This document shows, one piece after another, positions 28,991 through 39,302 of a stretch of DNA of 64,000 nt (positions are counted from its first letter, which is position 1; each line of letters opens with the position of its first letter). Location: positions 7,913 to 71,912 of the forward strand of contig CAUUIW010000005.1 in NCBI GenBank assembly GCA_963545355.1, written 5' to 3'. The notes beneath the pieces were generated by a model. The model was given only the letters and a program-made list of their open reading frames with translations, was not told the DNA's origin and did no database searches. Source of the DNA: an uncultured Oribacterium sp. (lineage in GTDB: Bacteria; Bacillota; Clostridia; Lachnospirales; Lachnospiraceae). A program made the translations under genes and the position numbers.

Positions 28991-29079
28991 ACTTACTTAT
29001 ATTTTAAATCTTGACGAAAGGACAGCTTTGGCATTCCGGAGCGTTATAGAGGAGAAATAAACCATTTAGGGGGGATTCG

Positions 29080-29997
29080 ATGCTGAAATATATCATAAAG
29101 CGCGCCATTATGGCTGTTATCACAGCTTTTCTGGTAGCAACACTTACGTTCTTTGTCATGAACATGGTTCCGGGGGGACCTTTCCTTGCGGAGAAGGCAG
29201 TCACGCCGCAGGCACAGGCAGCCATGGAGGCAAAGTACGGTTTAGACAAGCCGCTGCCGGAGCAGTATATCACCTATATGAGCGGCATCATCCATGGTGA
29301 CTTCGGAGTTTCCGTCAAGAAGAGAGGACGTACCGTATCCCAGATTATCTCCACCAAGTTTCCGGTCTCTGCCAGGATCGGCGGGATTGCCCTTCTGGTC
29401 GCGATTTTTGTGGGAGTTCCGTTCGGCTCTGTGGCTGCCTTCCACCGCGGCAAGTGGATTGACAATATCCTGGTTGTGATGTCTACCGCGGGAATCGCGA
29501 TACCGTCCTTCCTGTCCTCGACCCTGCTGATCTATTTCCTGTCGGCAAAGTGGAATCTGCTTCCTTCCTTCGGACTGAAGGACCCGAGGGGTTATATCAT
29601 GCCCGTCATGGCGCTTGCCCTCTATCCGTCCTTCTACATGGCGAGACTGATGCGTTCCTCCATGCTGGATGTGATGGGACAGGACTATATGAGAACGGCG
29701 AGAGCCAAGGGCGTCAGCACCTTCCTGTCTATTTTCAAGCATGCCATGCGAAATGCGATTCTCCCGGTAATCACTTATCTGGGACCGCTTCTTGCGGCAC
29801 TGATGACGGGCTCCTTTATCATTGAGAAGATCTTCAATATCCCGGGGCTTGGCTCTGAGTTTGTCGGCTCCATCACGAGCCGTGATTACCCGATGATTAT
29901 GGGAACGACGATTTTCCTGGCAGTATTCATCATTATCATGAATGTGATTGTCGATATCGCCTATGCTGTCGTTGACCCGAGAATCAAGCTGAAGTAA
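29080..29997 (+). CDS. oppB: Oligopeptide ABC transporter permease
   Basis: PGGPF, YGLDKP, GDFG, EAA loop TARAKG, IEKIFNIPGLG and DPRI. Confidence 0.93.
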   Translation: MLKYIIKRAIMAVITAFLVATLTFFVMNMVPGGPFLAEKAVTPQAQAAMEAKYGLDKPLPEQYITYMSGIIHGDFGVSVKKRGRTVSQIISTKFPVSARIGGIALLVAIFVGVPFGSVAAFHRGKWIDNILVVMSTAGIAIPSFLSSTLLIYFLSAKWNLLPSFGLKDPRGYIMPVMALALYPSFYMARLMRSSMLDVMGQDYMRTARAKGVSTFLSIFKHAMRNAILPVITYLGPLLAALMTGSFIIEKIFNIPGLGSEFVGSITSRDYPMIMGTTIFLAVFIIIMNVIVDIAYAVVDPRIKLK

Positions 29998-30007
29998 GGA
30001 GGAAAAC

Positions 30008-31057
30008 ATGGAAGAAATCAAGAAGAATCCGCTGAGCCTTCAGCTTCGGCCCGATGATTTTATGCCGGCATCCAGCGAGGAGAAGGACAGTCTCAATATC
30101 ATGCGTGAATCTGTCAGCTTTTTTAAGGACGGCATCCGGCGTTTTCGAAAAAACAAGATTGCCATGACCGCATTGATTATTGTTCTGCTGATTATCATTG
30201 CCTGTTTTATCGTGCCGATGTTCTATCCCTATCACTATGAAGCGCAGATGAAGGGGTCGGAACGGCTTCTGCCGATGCAGTATTCTGCGTCGGAGCTGAA
30301 AAGAATCGCCGCGGGAGAAAAGATCTTTCCGCATATCCTCGGTACGGACCAGAACGGACGGGATTACATGATTCGTGTGCTGGTCGGCGGAAGGGTTTCC
30401 ATGACAGTCGGTATCGTGGCATCTTTCCTGATTCTGATTATCGGTTCCGTTTACGGTGCTGTTGCGGGTTATTTCGGCGGTATGCTGGATATGGTAATGA
30501 TGCGTATTGTCGATATCATCTATACGGTGCCGGATGTCCTCATCATCATCCTTCTGGCGCAGACCCTGAAGTTTCCTCTGATGAAGCTCGGGGCGCTGCC
30601 GGGATTTGGCTGGATTGAAAAGATGGGACCTAACATGGTTTCCATGTTTATCGTGTTTGCCCTTCTCTATTGGGTCGGAATGGCGCGTATCGTCCGCTCT
30701 CAGATCATGGTGCTGAAGCAGAGCGAGTATGTCACTGCGGCAAAGGCGCTCGGCGCAAATCACCGCCGTATCATCGGGAAGCATCTGATCACCAACTGTA
30801 TCGGAACCCTGATCGTTACGACAACTCTGCAGATTCCGAGCTCGATTTTCACCGAGTCCTTCCTGTCCTTCCTGGGACTGGGGGTACAGGCACCGATGCC
30901 GTCTCTCGGTTCTCTCGCAAGTGCGGCGCTGAACGGCTTCCAGAGTTATCCGGAAAAGCTGTTTGCCCCGGCATTCTTTATCTTTATCATTATTTTGAGC
31001 TTCAACCTTCTGGGAGACGGCCTCCGTGATGCCTTCGACCCGAAGATGAAGCAGTAA
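30008..31057 (+). CDS. oppC: Oligopeptide ABC transporter permease
   Basis: LGTDQNGRD, EYVTAAKALGA, ESFLSFLGLG and GDGLRDAFDP. Confidence 0.93.
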   Translation: MEEIKKNPLSLQLRPDDFMPASSEEKDSLNIMRESVSFFKDGIRRFRKNKIAMTALIIVLLIIIACFIVPMFYPYHYEAQMKGSERLLPMQYSASELKRIAAGEKIFPHILGTDQNGRDYMIRVLVGGRVSMTVGIVASFLILIIGSVYGAVAGYFGGMLDMVMMRIVDIIYTVPDVLIIILLAQTLKFPLMKLGALPGFGWIEKMGPNMVSMFIVFALLYWVGMARIVRSQIMVLKQSEYVTAAKALGANHRRIIGKHLITNCIGTLIVTTTLQIPSSIFTESFLSFLGLGVQAPMPSLGSLASAALNGFQSYPEKLFAPAFFIFIIILSFNLLGDGLRDAFDPKMKQ

Positions 31058-31066
31058 GGAGAGAAC

Positions 31067-32074
31067 ATGGAAGAGAATTATTTGGTAGATATCCGGCATG
31101 AAAAGCTCTCCTTTTTTACTCCGGCAGGGGAGGTCAAGGCGCTGAATGATGTCAGTCTCAGCATGAAGGAAGGAGAGGTTCTCGGCATTGTCGGAGAGTC
31201 CGGCTCCGGAAAGTCGGTAACGGCGTACTCCCTCATGGGACTTACCGCAGACAACGGAAGGATCATCGGGGGAAGCATCGAGTTTAACGGTCACCGCATC
31301 GATCAGATGTCGGAAAAAGAAATTCGAAAAATCCGAGGAAAGGAAATCTCCATCATTTTCCAGGATCCGATGACCTCGTTGAATCCGGTATGGACCATCG
31401 GGAATCAGATTGAAGAGGCCATCAAGCTGCACACCGACAAGAAGGGAAAGGAAGCACACGAAAGAGCGAAGGAGCTTCTGACGCTGGTCGGCATCAATGA
31501 ACCGGAGAAGAGACTGCGGCAGTATCCGCATGAGCTTTCCGGCGGCATGCGTCAGCGTGTCATGATTGCGATCGCCCTGGCCTGTGAACCGAAGCTGCTG
31601 ATCGCCGATGAGCCGACAACGGCACTGGATGTGACCATCCAGGCGCAGATTCTGGAACTCATGCAGGAGCTTCGGGACAGACTGAAGATGGGAATCATTA
31701 TGATCACCCATGATCTCGGTGTTGTTGCTTCCATGTGTGACCATATCGCGGTGATGTATGCCGGAGAGATTGTCGAATACGGCACCACGGATGATATTTT
31801 CTACCGCCCGAAGCATGAGTATACGAAGGGACTGCTTCAGTCCATCCCGAAGTTCCATGAATCCAACTATGAGAGACTGGTACCGATTGAGGGACAGCCG
31901 GTAGATCTTCTGAACCCGCCGATGGGCTGCGGATTTGCGCCGCGCTGCAAAAGCTGCATGAGGATCTGCATTGAGAAGAAGCCGATCCGCAATGACTATG
32001 AGGGTGAGCATTATGCCCGCTGCTGGATGGAACAGAAACAGCAGTTTGTGGCTTCACAAGGAGGGCAGGCATAA
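31067..32074 (+). CDS. oppD: Oligopeptide ABC transporter ATPase
   Basis: [26 protein letters not shown] and [10 protein letters not shown]. Confidence 0.94.
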   Translation: MEENYLVDIRHEKLSFFTPAGEVKALNDVSLSMKEGEVLGIVGESGSGKSVTAYSLMGLTADNGRIIGGSIEFNGHRIDQMSEKEIRKIRGKEISIIFQDPMTSLNPVWTIGNQIEEAIKLHTDKKGKEAHERAKELLTLVGINEPEKRLRQYPHELSGGMRQRVMIAIALACEPKLLIADEPTTALDVTIQAQILELMQELRDRLKMGIIMITHDLGVVASMCDHIAVMYAGEIVEYGTTDDIFYRPKHEYTKGLLQSIPKFHESNYERLVPIEGQPVDLLNPPMGCGFAPRCKSCMRICIEKKPIRNDYEGEHYARCWMEQKQQFVASQGGQA

Positions 32075-33054
32075 TGGCAGAGAATCTATTGGAGATCTAT
32101 CATCTGAAGCAGTATTTTCCTGTGGCAGGCTCCAAAAAAGTGGTTAAGGCGGTCGATGATGTCAGCTTTTCCATCAAAAAAGGGGAGACCCTCGGTCTCG
32201 TCGGAGAGTCCGGCTGCGGAAAGACGACGACAGGGCGCAGCATCCTCCGCTTAAACGAGCCGACAGACGGAAAAATCGTTTACGACGGCAATGTGATCTT
32301 TGATAAGAAGACGAACACCAGGGCGGATATGCTTCCATACCGCCGCAGGATGCAGATTGTGTTTCAGGATCCCTACGCTTCACTGGATCCCCGTATGACA
32401 GTCGGAGATATCGTCGGAGAGGCGCTGGATATCCACAGGCTTTATCAGACAAAGCAGGAGAGAAGAGACAGGATTCTGGATCTTCTCTCGAGAGTCGGAC
32501 TGAATTCAGAGCATGCCAACCGTTATCCGCATGAGTTCTCCGGCGGACAGCGACAGAGAATCGGCATCGCGAGGGCCCTCGCCGTGGATCCGGAGTTTAT
32601 CGTCTGCGATGAGCCGGTGTCTGCGCTGGATGTTTCGATTCAGGCACAGGTCGTCAACATGTTTGAGGATCTCCAGAAGGAGCTGGGGCTGACCTATCTC
32701 TTCATCGCCCACGACCTTTCCATTGTCAATCATATTTCGGATCGTATCGGCGTGATGTATCTGGGAAATCTGATGGAGCTCTCCGCAAGTGACGAAATCA
32801 TTTTCCATTCGATGCATCCCTATACCAGATCACTGATCTCTGCGGTGCCGATCGCGGATCCGAAGACCGCCAGATCGTCGAAGCGTATCGTGCTGGAGGG
32901 AGATGTTCCGTCTCCGGTGAACCCTCCGAGCGGCTGTCCCTTCCGTACCCGTTGTCCCTATGCGGATGAGCTATGTGCAGACAAGAAGCCGGTATTCAAG
33001 GAAGAGAGGCCCGGGCATTTTGTGGCATGCCATCATCTTGATAAACTGAACTAA
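32074..33054 (+). CDS. oppF: Oligopeptide ABC transporter ATPase
   Basis: [35 protein letters not shown] and GCPFRTRCP. Confidence 0.94.
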   Translation: MAENLLEIYHLKQYFPVAGSKKVVKAVDDVSFSIKKGETLGLVGESGCGKTTTGRSILRLNEPTDGKIVYDGNVIFDKKTNTRADMLPYRRRMQIVFQDPYASLDPRMTVGDIVGEALDIHRLYQTKQERRDRILDLLSRVGLNSEHANRYPHEFSGGQRQRIGIARALAVDPEFIVCDEPVSALDVSIQAQVVNMFEDLQKELGLTYLFIAHDLSIVNHISDRIGVMYLGNLMELSASDEIIFHSMHPYTRSLISAVPIADPKTARSSKRIVLEGDVPSPVNPPSGCPFRTRCPYADELCADKKPVFKEERPGHFVACHHLDKLN

Positions 33055-33138
33055 TCCTACAGCTTCCATCCTCGAAATCAACTCAATGAGAGTTTGATAT
33101 ACCGCAGGCGACGGATTTCGTCTAAAGGAGGATACATT

Positions 33139-34812
33139 ATGAAAAAGAAGAATGCAGCTTTGTCACTTTCTGCACTTCTCATCGCGAGCCTCTTCCTGTC
33201 CGCATGTGGCGGTGCCAAGAACAGCGCGGCAGGCACGGAGACCACGGCGGCTGCCGAGGAAGAAGACAGCTCTGCTGCCGATCAGCTTGATGTGCAGCTA
33301 GGACCGTCCCCGGAGACCATTGATCCGGCACTGAACTCCGCGGTTGACGGAGGAAACATGCTGATTCATCTGTCCGAGGGCTTAACCAAATTCGACAAGG
33401 ACAATAACGTGATCCCGGGGGTCGCAGAGTCCTGGGATGTTTCCGAGAACGGACTCCACTATACCTTCCATCTCCGGAAGGGACTCAAGTGGTCTGACGG
33501 GACCGCGCTTACCGCAAAGGATTTCGTTTACTCCTGGAAGAGAGTGGCTGATCCCGCAACCGCAGCTCCCTATGCCGGAGACATCATGAGCTATATCGCA
33601 GGTTATGAGGAAGCCTCCAAGGGTGATGCGGATGCGCTGAAGGTTTCCGCACCGGATGATGACACTTTCGAGGTGGTTCTTGCCGGTCCCTGTACTTTTT
33701 TTGCTAAGCTTGCCGCCTTTGCGACTCTGGTTCCGGTCAATGAAGCTACGATCCAGGCAAACGGGGATTCCTGGGCAACCAAGCCGGAGTCTTATATCAG
33801 TGATGGTCCGTACCTGCTTTCCGAGTTTAAGGACGGGGATCGCATCGTCATGAAGAAGAATCCGAACTACTGGGATAAGGACAACATCACTTTTGAAACG
33901 ATCGTATGGCACCTGATAGAAAACTCCAACACCGCCTATACCGCCTTCAATGAGGGCTCTCTGGATCTGATCAAGGATGTTCCGACCGAAGAGATCGAGA
34001 ACCTGAGGGGAAATGACAAGTTCCATATCGCACCGCTGATGGGAACCTATTATGTTTCCTTCAATGACCAGAAGGAGCCGTTCAACAACCCGAAGGTTCG
34101 TGAAGCACTTTCTCTGGCGATTGACCGTAACTATGTGGCTGACACCATCATGCAGGGCACCTATACGGCAGCGACCAATTTCGTCGGACTGGGTGTCAGT
34201 GACGCCGCCGACGGTTCTTCCTTTGCGGATGTCACAAAGCAGAAGTACGGTGATTTCTTTAACAATGAAGACTACGATGCCAACATCGAAAGGGCGAAGC
34301 AGCTGCTTGCGGAGGCAGGCTATCCGGAGGGACAGGGCTTTCCCGCATTTGACTATCTGGCAAATGATCAGAGCTACCACAAGGCGGTTGCAGAGTATCT
34401 GCAGGGAGCCTGGGCACAGCTCGGCATCACCATGAACATCAATATTCAGGAGTGGAAGACTGTCACTGCTGACCGCCGTGCCGGCAATTTCGATGTTGCC
34501 CGCAACGGCTGGGTCTATGACTGGGATGATCCTTCCAATATGCTGAATCTCCTGATCAGCACTTCCGGCAACAATGACGGTAAGTATTCGAATCCGGATT
34601 TTGATGCTTTGATGAAGAAAGCAGCTTCCGAGACCGATGCCGATGCGCATTATGAGGATCTTCATGAGGCAGAGCAGATCCTTCTGAAGGACTATGCGAT
34701 GGCGCCGGTTGCTTATTACAACGAGTTCTGGCTCCAGAGCGACAAGCTTGAGAACACCTGGCACAGCCCCTACGGCTACTGGTATCTGATGTACGGTACC
34801 AAGACCGCATAA
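33139..34812 (+). CDS. oppA: Oligopeptide-binding lipoprotein
   Basis: Lipobox LSAC; TIDPA, PGVAESW, KWSDG, GPY, KNPNYW and VREALSLAIDR; SD AAGGAGG. Confidence 0.93.
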   Translation: MKKKNAALSLSALLIASLFLSACGGAKNSAAGTETTAAAEEEDSSAADQLDVQLGPSPETIDPALNSAVDGGNMLIHLSEGLTKFDKDNNVIPGVAESWDVSENGLHYTFHLRKGLKWSDGTALTAKDFVYSWKRVADPATAAPYAGDIMSYIAGYEEASKGDADALKVSAPDDDTFEVVLAGPCTFFAKLAAFATLVPVNEATIQANGDSWATKPESYISDGPYLLSEFKDGDRIVMKKNPNYWDKDNITFETIVWHLIENSNTAYTAFNEGSLDLIKDVPTEEIENLRGNDKFHIAPLMGTYYVSFNDQKEPFNNPKVREALSLAIDRNYVADTIMQGTYTAATNFVGLGVSDAADGSSFADVTKQKYGDFFNNEDYDANIERAKQLLAEAGYPEGQGFPAFDYLANDQSYHKAVAEYLQGAWAQLGITMNINIQEWKTVTADRRAGNFDVARNGWVYDWDDPSNMLNLLISTSGNNDGKYSNPDFDALMKKAASETDADAHYEDLHEAEQILLKDYAMAPVAYYNEFWLQSDKLENTWHSPYGYWYLMYGTKTA

Positions 34813-34864
34813 AGGTTTTTGAGGAAAATTTCGGCTGTCCCGACGAAGCCGATGCTTCGCCCGC

Positions 34865-34910
34865 AAGATGGATGTCATTCTGTTTTTTACGGATGGCATC
34901 CATCTTTTTT
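34865..34910 (+). terminator. Intrinsic terminator after oppA
   Basis: AAGATGGATGTCATTC / GGATGGCATCCATCTT 16 bp stem (G-U pairs) running into TTTTTT. Confidence 0.8.
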
Positions 34911-34939
34911 CATCTGCCGTCTGCTTCCCGCCGAACTCC

Positions 34940-34968
34940 CCGTTTCGGACATCGGATGTCCGAAACGG
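34940..34968. repeat. Perfect 29 bp palindrome
   Basis: CCGTTTCGGACATC-G-GATGTCCGAAACGG, 14 bp arms with a 1 nt centre. Confidence 0.9.
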
Positions 34969-35078
34969 AAGGGACAAGAAAAAGAGCAGAAATCGGGCTG
35001 CGCTTTCTCTGAACCGCTCTTCGCCGCGTGGCGCCCTTCTCAGCCCTCCGATACTCCGTATCGAGGACCGCAGAGCAG

Positions 35079-35107
35079 TTGCCGAGGTAATTTTTGTGTG
35101 ATAAACT
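35079..35107 (+). promoter_or_regulatory. sigmaA-type promoter for the pyrH operon
   Basis: TTGCCG, 17 nt spacer, TAAACT with extended TGn. Confidence 0.55.
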
Positions 35108-35146
35108 ACTTTCGATTTCAGTCAGGCAGAAAAGAGGACGGAGAAG

Positions 35147-35851
35147 ATGGGGAAACGCAGAGTGATGCTGAAGCTGAGCGGGGAAGCTCTTGCCGGGGAA
35201 AAGCATTTCGGATTCGATGATGAAACGATTGTCAAGGTTGCAAAGGAAATCAAGAGTGCTGTCGATGACGGCATCGAACTTTCCATCGTAATCGGCGGCG
35301 GAAATTTCTGGAGAGGCAGACAGTCTGCCGCAGTGGACCGCTATAAGGCAGATCAGGTAGGGATGCTTGCCACTGTGATGAACTGCATCTATGTTTCCGA
35401 GATTTTCCGTACTGTCGGCATGAAAACCAAGCTGATGTCCTCGATTCCGATCGGAGATATGGCAGAGCTCTTTGATAAGGATAAGGCGGAACGGCTTCTC
35501 GGCACAGCTCATGTCATTTTCTGTGCCGGCGGTACCGGACACCCGTACTTTTCGACAGATACCGGCGTGGTTCTCCGGGCACTGGAATTAAACTGTGAGG
35601 AGATCCTTCTCGCAAAGTCGATTGACGGTGTTTATAATGCCGATCCGGTCAGGGACCCTTCCGCGGAAAAATATGACGAACTGACACTCTCCGAGATTCT
35701 TGACAGGAGGCTTCAGGTCATCGATCTGGCTGCAACGGTGCTCTGCCTCGAGAACAGGATGCCGCTGTCGGTTTTTTCTCTTCACGAAAAGGACGGTATC
35801 AGAAACGCATTATCCGGGAAACATGTAGGTACCAAGGTACTTGCGAAATAA
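35147..35851 (+). CDS. pyrH: UMP kinase
   Basis: LKLSGEAL, GGGNFWRG, ADQVGMLAT and GTGHPYFSTD. Confidence 0.97.
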   Translation: MGKRRVMLKLSGEALAGEKHFGFDDETIVKVAKEIKSAVDDGIELSIVIGGGNFWRGRQSAAVDRYKADQVGMLATVMNCIYVSEIFRTVGMKTKLMSSIPIGDMAELFDKDKAERLLGTAHVIFCAGGTGHPYFSTDTGVVLRALELNCEEILLAKSIDGVYNADPVRDPSAEKYDELTLSEILDRRLQVIDLAATVLCLENRMPLSVFSLHEKDGIRNALSGKHVGTKVLAK

Positions 35852-35872
35852 TACACAATAGGAGAATACAAG

Positions 35873-36427
35873 ATGGATGATCAATTCACGGTATTTATTG
35901 AAAAGATGCATAAGACCCATGACAATCTGATCTCTGAGCTTTCCACAATCCGTGCCGGTCGCGCCAATCCGCACGTCCTGGACCGTATCATGGTGGACTA
36001 TTATGGTACGCCGACACCGATACAGCAGATCGGGAATGTTTCTGTCCCGGAGGCACGCATGATTCAGATCAGCCCCTGGGAGAAGAATATGTTAAAGGAG
36101 GTCGAGAAGGCCATCAATATGTCGGATCTGGGCATCAATCCGACCAATGACGGCAATGTCATCCGTCTGGTTTTCCCGGAGCTCACAGAGGAGAGACGCC
36201 GGGAGCTGACCAAGGAGGTGAAGAAGAGGGGTGAGGAGGCAAAGATTGCCATTCGCAATATCCGGCGCGATGCCATGGATCTTGCCAAGAAGCTGGAAAA
36301 GAATTCGGAGATCACCGAGGACGATCTGACACGTCAGACCAGGGACATTCAGGATCTTACCGACCACATGGTCAAGAAGATAGATGATTCTGTGGAAGCC
36401 AAAAACAAGGAACTGATGACGGTATGA
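35873..36427 (+). CDS. frr: Ribosome recycling factor
   Basis: IRAGRANP, VDYYG, LGINP, PELTEERR and IRNIRRDA. Confidence 0.98.
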   Translation: MDDQFTVFIEKMHKTHDNLISELSTIRAGRANPHVLDRIMVDYYGTPTPIQQIGNVSVPEARMIQISPWEKNMLKEVEKAINMSDLGINPTNDGNVIRLVFPELTEERRRELTKEVKKRGEEAKIAIRNIRRDAMDLAKKLEKNSEITEDDLTRQTRDIQDLTDHMVKKIDDSVEAKNKELMTV

Positions 36428-37140
36428 CGGAAGAGGCAGCGAAGATACCGGCGCATATTGCGATCATTCTGGATGGCAATGGACGCTGGGCGGAGAGAAA
36501 AGGGATCCCGAGAGCCATGGGACACAAGAAGGGCTGTGAGACACTGGAGCAGATTGTCGAGGATTGTGCCCGCCTGGAGGTTTCCTATCTCACGGTTTAC
36601 GGCTTTTCCACAGAAAACTGGAAACGCTCTTCCGAGGAGGTCGGTGCTCTTATGAATCTCTTCCGCTTCTATATGCGGAAGCTGGTGAAGGTAGCAAATG
36701 CCAACAATGTCCGGGCGAGGATGATCGGCGAACTCAGTCGTTTTTCTCCGGATATTCAGGACGGGGTGCATTATCTCGAAAATGAAACTGGGCAGAACAG
36801 CGGGATGACCTTCACCTTTGCGGTGAACTACGGAGGCAGAGACGAGATGGTACGGGCGATACGGCGCTACGTCCGGGAGCTTCGGGAGGGGATCACAGAG
36901 GAAGAGATGACAGAGGAGCTGTTTGCTTCCTATCTCGATACCCGGGGGATGCCGGATCCGGATCTTGTGATCCGTACCTCCGGAGAGTTCCGTATCTCGA
37001 ATTTTCTGTTATGGCAGTCCGCTTACAGCGAGTATTACATCACGGATGTGCTCTGGCCGGATTTCAACCGGGAAGAGCTCCTCCGCGCGATAGAACAGTT
37101 CCGTCACAGAGACCGCCGCTTCGGCGGGAGAAAGAAGTGA
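36424..37140 (+). CDS. uppS: Undecaprenyl diphosphate synthase
   Basis: HIAIILDGNGRWA, FSTENWKR, NYGGRDE and RTSGEFRISNFLLWQ. Confidence 0.97.
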   Translation: MTEEAAKIPAHIAIILDGNGRWAERKGIPRAMGHKKGCETLEQIVEDCARLEVSYLTVYGFSTENWKRSSEEVGALMNLFRFYMRKLVKVANANNVRARMIGELSRFSPDIQDGVHYLENETGQNSGMTFTFAVNYGGRDEMVRAIRRYVRELREGITEEEMTEELFASYLDTRGMPDPDLVIRTSGEFRISNFLLWQSAYSEYYITDVLWPDFNREELLRAIEQFRHRDRRFGGRKK

Positions 37141-37160
37141 GGGATACAGAAAGATTGACT

Positions 37161-38000
37161 ATGACACAAAATCAAGGACAAAACGAGAAGAAAGCCTCTT
37201 CGATCTTGACAAGAACCATCAGTGGTATCGTACTTTTGCTGCTCGCTCTCTGGCTGGTGCCGATGGGCGGGCTTCCGCTTTTTATACTGAATCTCTGTCT
37301 GTCGATGGTGGGAAGCTTTGAGCTGTACCGGGTGTTCGGACTGGAGCATTCCGTATTCTCCGGTCTCGGCTATCTCTCGATTCTTGGATATTACTGTCTT
37401 GTGTGGTTCGGTCTTGAAAAATATCTGACGCTGATGCTGATCCTGTCACTGATGGCAATGTTTTTTCACTATGTGTTTCACTATCCGAATGCCAAAGTCG
37501 ACACCGTGGCGAAGGCATTTATCGCAGTGCTCTATACTGGCGTCATGCTGAGCTATGTCTACCAGACCAGAACCATCCCGGACGGAAAGCTTCTGGTGTG
37601 GCTCATTTTTATCTCCAGCTGGGGCAGCGATACCTGTGCCTATGTCGTCGGGATGGCTTTCGGAAAGCACAGGATGACACCGCTTCTTTCGCCGAAAAAA
37701 ACAATTGAGGGGGCTGTCGGCGGCGTGCTCGGAGCAATGCTGCTTGGCGCTGTCTTTGCGGCGGTTCCGCTGACAAAATTTCTGGATATCCCCAATCCTG
37801 TCTTTGTCTCTGCCATTGCCTGCGGCATCGCGGCGCTGATCTCCATGATCGGTGATCTGACGGCATCCGGCATCAAAAGAGACTATGAAATCAAGGACTA
37901 CGGCAGTCTGATTCCCGGACACGGCGGGGTACTGGATCGCTTTGATTCGGTAATCTTTACCGCACCGGCGATTTACTTTGCGCTGAGTTTTCTCTCTTAA
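37161..38000 (+). CDS. cdsA: Phosphatidate cytidylyltransferase
   Basis: SDTCAY, SPKKTIEG, GDL and IKDYGSLIPGHGGVLDRFDS; an in-frame GTG at 37137 overlapping the uppS stop is an alternative start. Confidence 0.95.
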   Translation: MTQNQGQNEKKASSILTRTISGIVLLLLALWLVPMGGLPLFILNLCLSMVGSFELYRVFGLEHSVFSGLGYLSILGYYCLVWFGLEKYLTLMLILSLMAMFFHYVFHYPNAKVDTVAKAFIAVLYTGVMLSYVYQTRTIPDGKLLVWLIFISSWGSDTCAYVVGMAFGKHRMTPLLSPKKTIEGAVGGVLGAMLLGAVFAAVPLTKFLDIPNPVFVSAIACGIAALISMIGDLTASGIKRDYEIKDYGSLIPGHGGVLDRFDSVIFTAPAIYFALSFLS

Positions 38001-38140
38001 GGCATGCCATGCGCCATACCGCCTTCAGCGGGAAGATGCCTTGGGATAGCGGCAGACGACCCGAACGGAGTTCGGATAAAACGCGTCTGCTTCCCGCTGA
38101 GTCCTGAGGAGAATACAGATATTTCGGGTAAGGAGGAGTT

Positions 38141-39301
38141 TTGCGTAATCTTGTTATTTTAGGCAGCACCGGTTCCATCGGAACCCAGGCGCTGGATGTT
38201 ATTTCCCGGGATTCGGAAATGAGAGTGGTCGGTCTTTCCGTTCATTCCAGCATCGAGAGGCTGAAAGAACAGGTGGAGAAGTTTCATCCTCGCAGAGTCT
38301 GTATTTTTGATCCGGAAAAACGGAGGGAATTTGACAGCCTTCAGCTTCCGGTAGAGAGCTGCTCCGGGATGGAGGGGCTCTGTGAGCTTGCTTCCATGGA
38401 GGAAGCGGACGAGGTTGTCGTTTCCGTGGTCGGCATGATCGGGATTCAGCCGACGATTGCCGCGCTTCGTGCCGGGAAGCAGCTGAGTCTTGCCAATAAG
38501 GAGACGCTGGTCTGTGCCGGGCATATCATTATGCCGCTGGCGAGGGAGAGGGGCATAACGGTGAAACCCATCGACTCAGAGCACAGTGCGATCTGGCAGT
38601 CTCTGCAGGGAGAAAAGCCGGAGAGATTGGAGAAAATCCTCCTCACCGCTTCCGGCGGACCTTTCCGCGGGAGAACCCGGGCGGAGCTTCGGGATATCCG
38701 TAAGGAGGACGCACTCCGGCATCCAAACTGGTCGATGGGGCGGAAAATCACCATTGATTCTGCTACCATGGTGAACAAGGGCCTGGAAATGATGGAAGCC
38801 TCATGGCTCTTTTCCGTGCCGATGGAGAAGATTGAGGTGCTGGTGCAGCCGGAGTCCATCGTTCATTCGGCGATCCAGCTGAGTGACGGCTCGGTCAAGG
38901 CACAGCTCGGTCTTCCCGACATGCGGATTCCGATTGAGTACGCCCTCTATTACCCGGACAGATTTCCGCTTCGGGATGCCCGGCTGGATCTTGCGAAACT
39001 TGACACGCTTCATTTCGAAGCGCCGGATCTTGAGACTTTTGAGGGACTTCGTCTTGCCGTTTCCGCAGGAAAGCGGGGCGGTTCCATGCCGACGGTCTAT
39101 AATGCCGCCAATGAGGAGGCTGTTGCTCTTTTTCTGCGGGATGAAATTCGTTTTCTGGAGATTCCGAAGCTCATCCGGGAAGCCATGGCTTCCCATGAAG
39201 GCTTTTGTCTCAAAAGCCCGGGGGTTCCGGAGATTCTCGAAACAGAGGCGTGGGCACGTCAGTATGTACGGGAGCATTGTCATTCCGCTTTAGAAGGTTG
39301 A
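38141..39301 (+). CDS. dxr: 1-deoxy-D-xylulose-5-phosphate reductoisomerase
   Basis: LGSTGSIG, LANKE, PIDSEHSAI, TASGGPF and HPNWSMG; TTG start with AAGGAGG SD. Confidence 0.97.
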   Translation: MRNLVILGSTGSIGTQALDVISRDSEMRVVGLSVHSSIERLKEQVEKFHPRRVCIFDPEKRREFDSLQLPVESCSGMEGLCELASMEEADEVVVSVVGMIGIQPTIAALRAGKQLSLANKETLVCAGHIIMPLARERGITVKPIDSEHSAIWQSLQGEKPERLEKILLTASGGPFRGRTRAELRDIRKEDALRHPNWSMGRKITIDSATMVNKGLEMMEASWLFSVPMEKIEVLVQPESIVHSAIQLSDGSVKAQLGLPDMRIPIEYALYYPDRFPLRDARLDLAKLDTLHFEAPDLETFEGLRLAVSAGKRGGSMPTVYNAANEEAVALFLRDEIRFLEIPKLIREAMASHEGFCLKSPGVPEILETEAWARQYVREHCHSALEG

Positions 39302-39302
39302 G

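Noticed and set aside
29984..32011. 675 aa antisense ORF, and similar long minus-strand ORFs opposite pbp2, oppA, ispG, polC, the EF-G paralog and ffh
   Set aside because: They mirror conserved + strand genes, have no recognisable motifs or SD, and are the shadow ORFs expected from codon bias
34942..34966. GTTTC...GAAAC ends suggesting a CRISPR repeat or parS site
   Set aside because: Single copy with no spacers or cas genes; length and core do not fit the 16 bp parS consensus
22486..35146. 12.6 kb between tsf and pyrH as a genomic island
   Set aside because: No integrase, direct repeats or visible compositional shift; it contains housekeeping-type genes, so rearrangement is more likely
34819..35220. 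133 aa ORF across the oppA-pyrH spacer
   Set aside because: It runs through a terminator, the palindrome and the pyrH promoter, overlaps pyrH out of frame, and has no motifs
38063..38073. GAAC-GGA-GTTC as a LexA box
   Set aside because: Spacer is 3 nt, not the 4 nt of the Firmicute GAAC-N4-GTTC box; better explained as a hairpin
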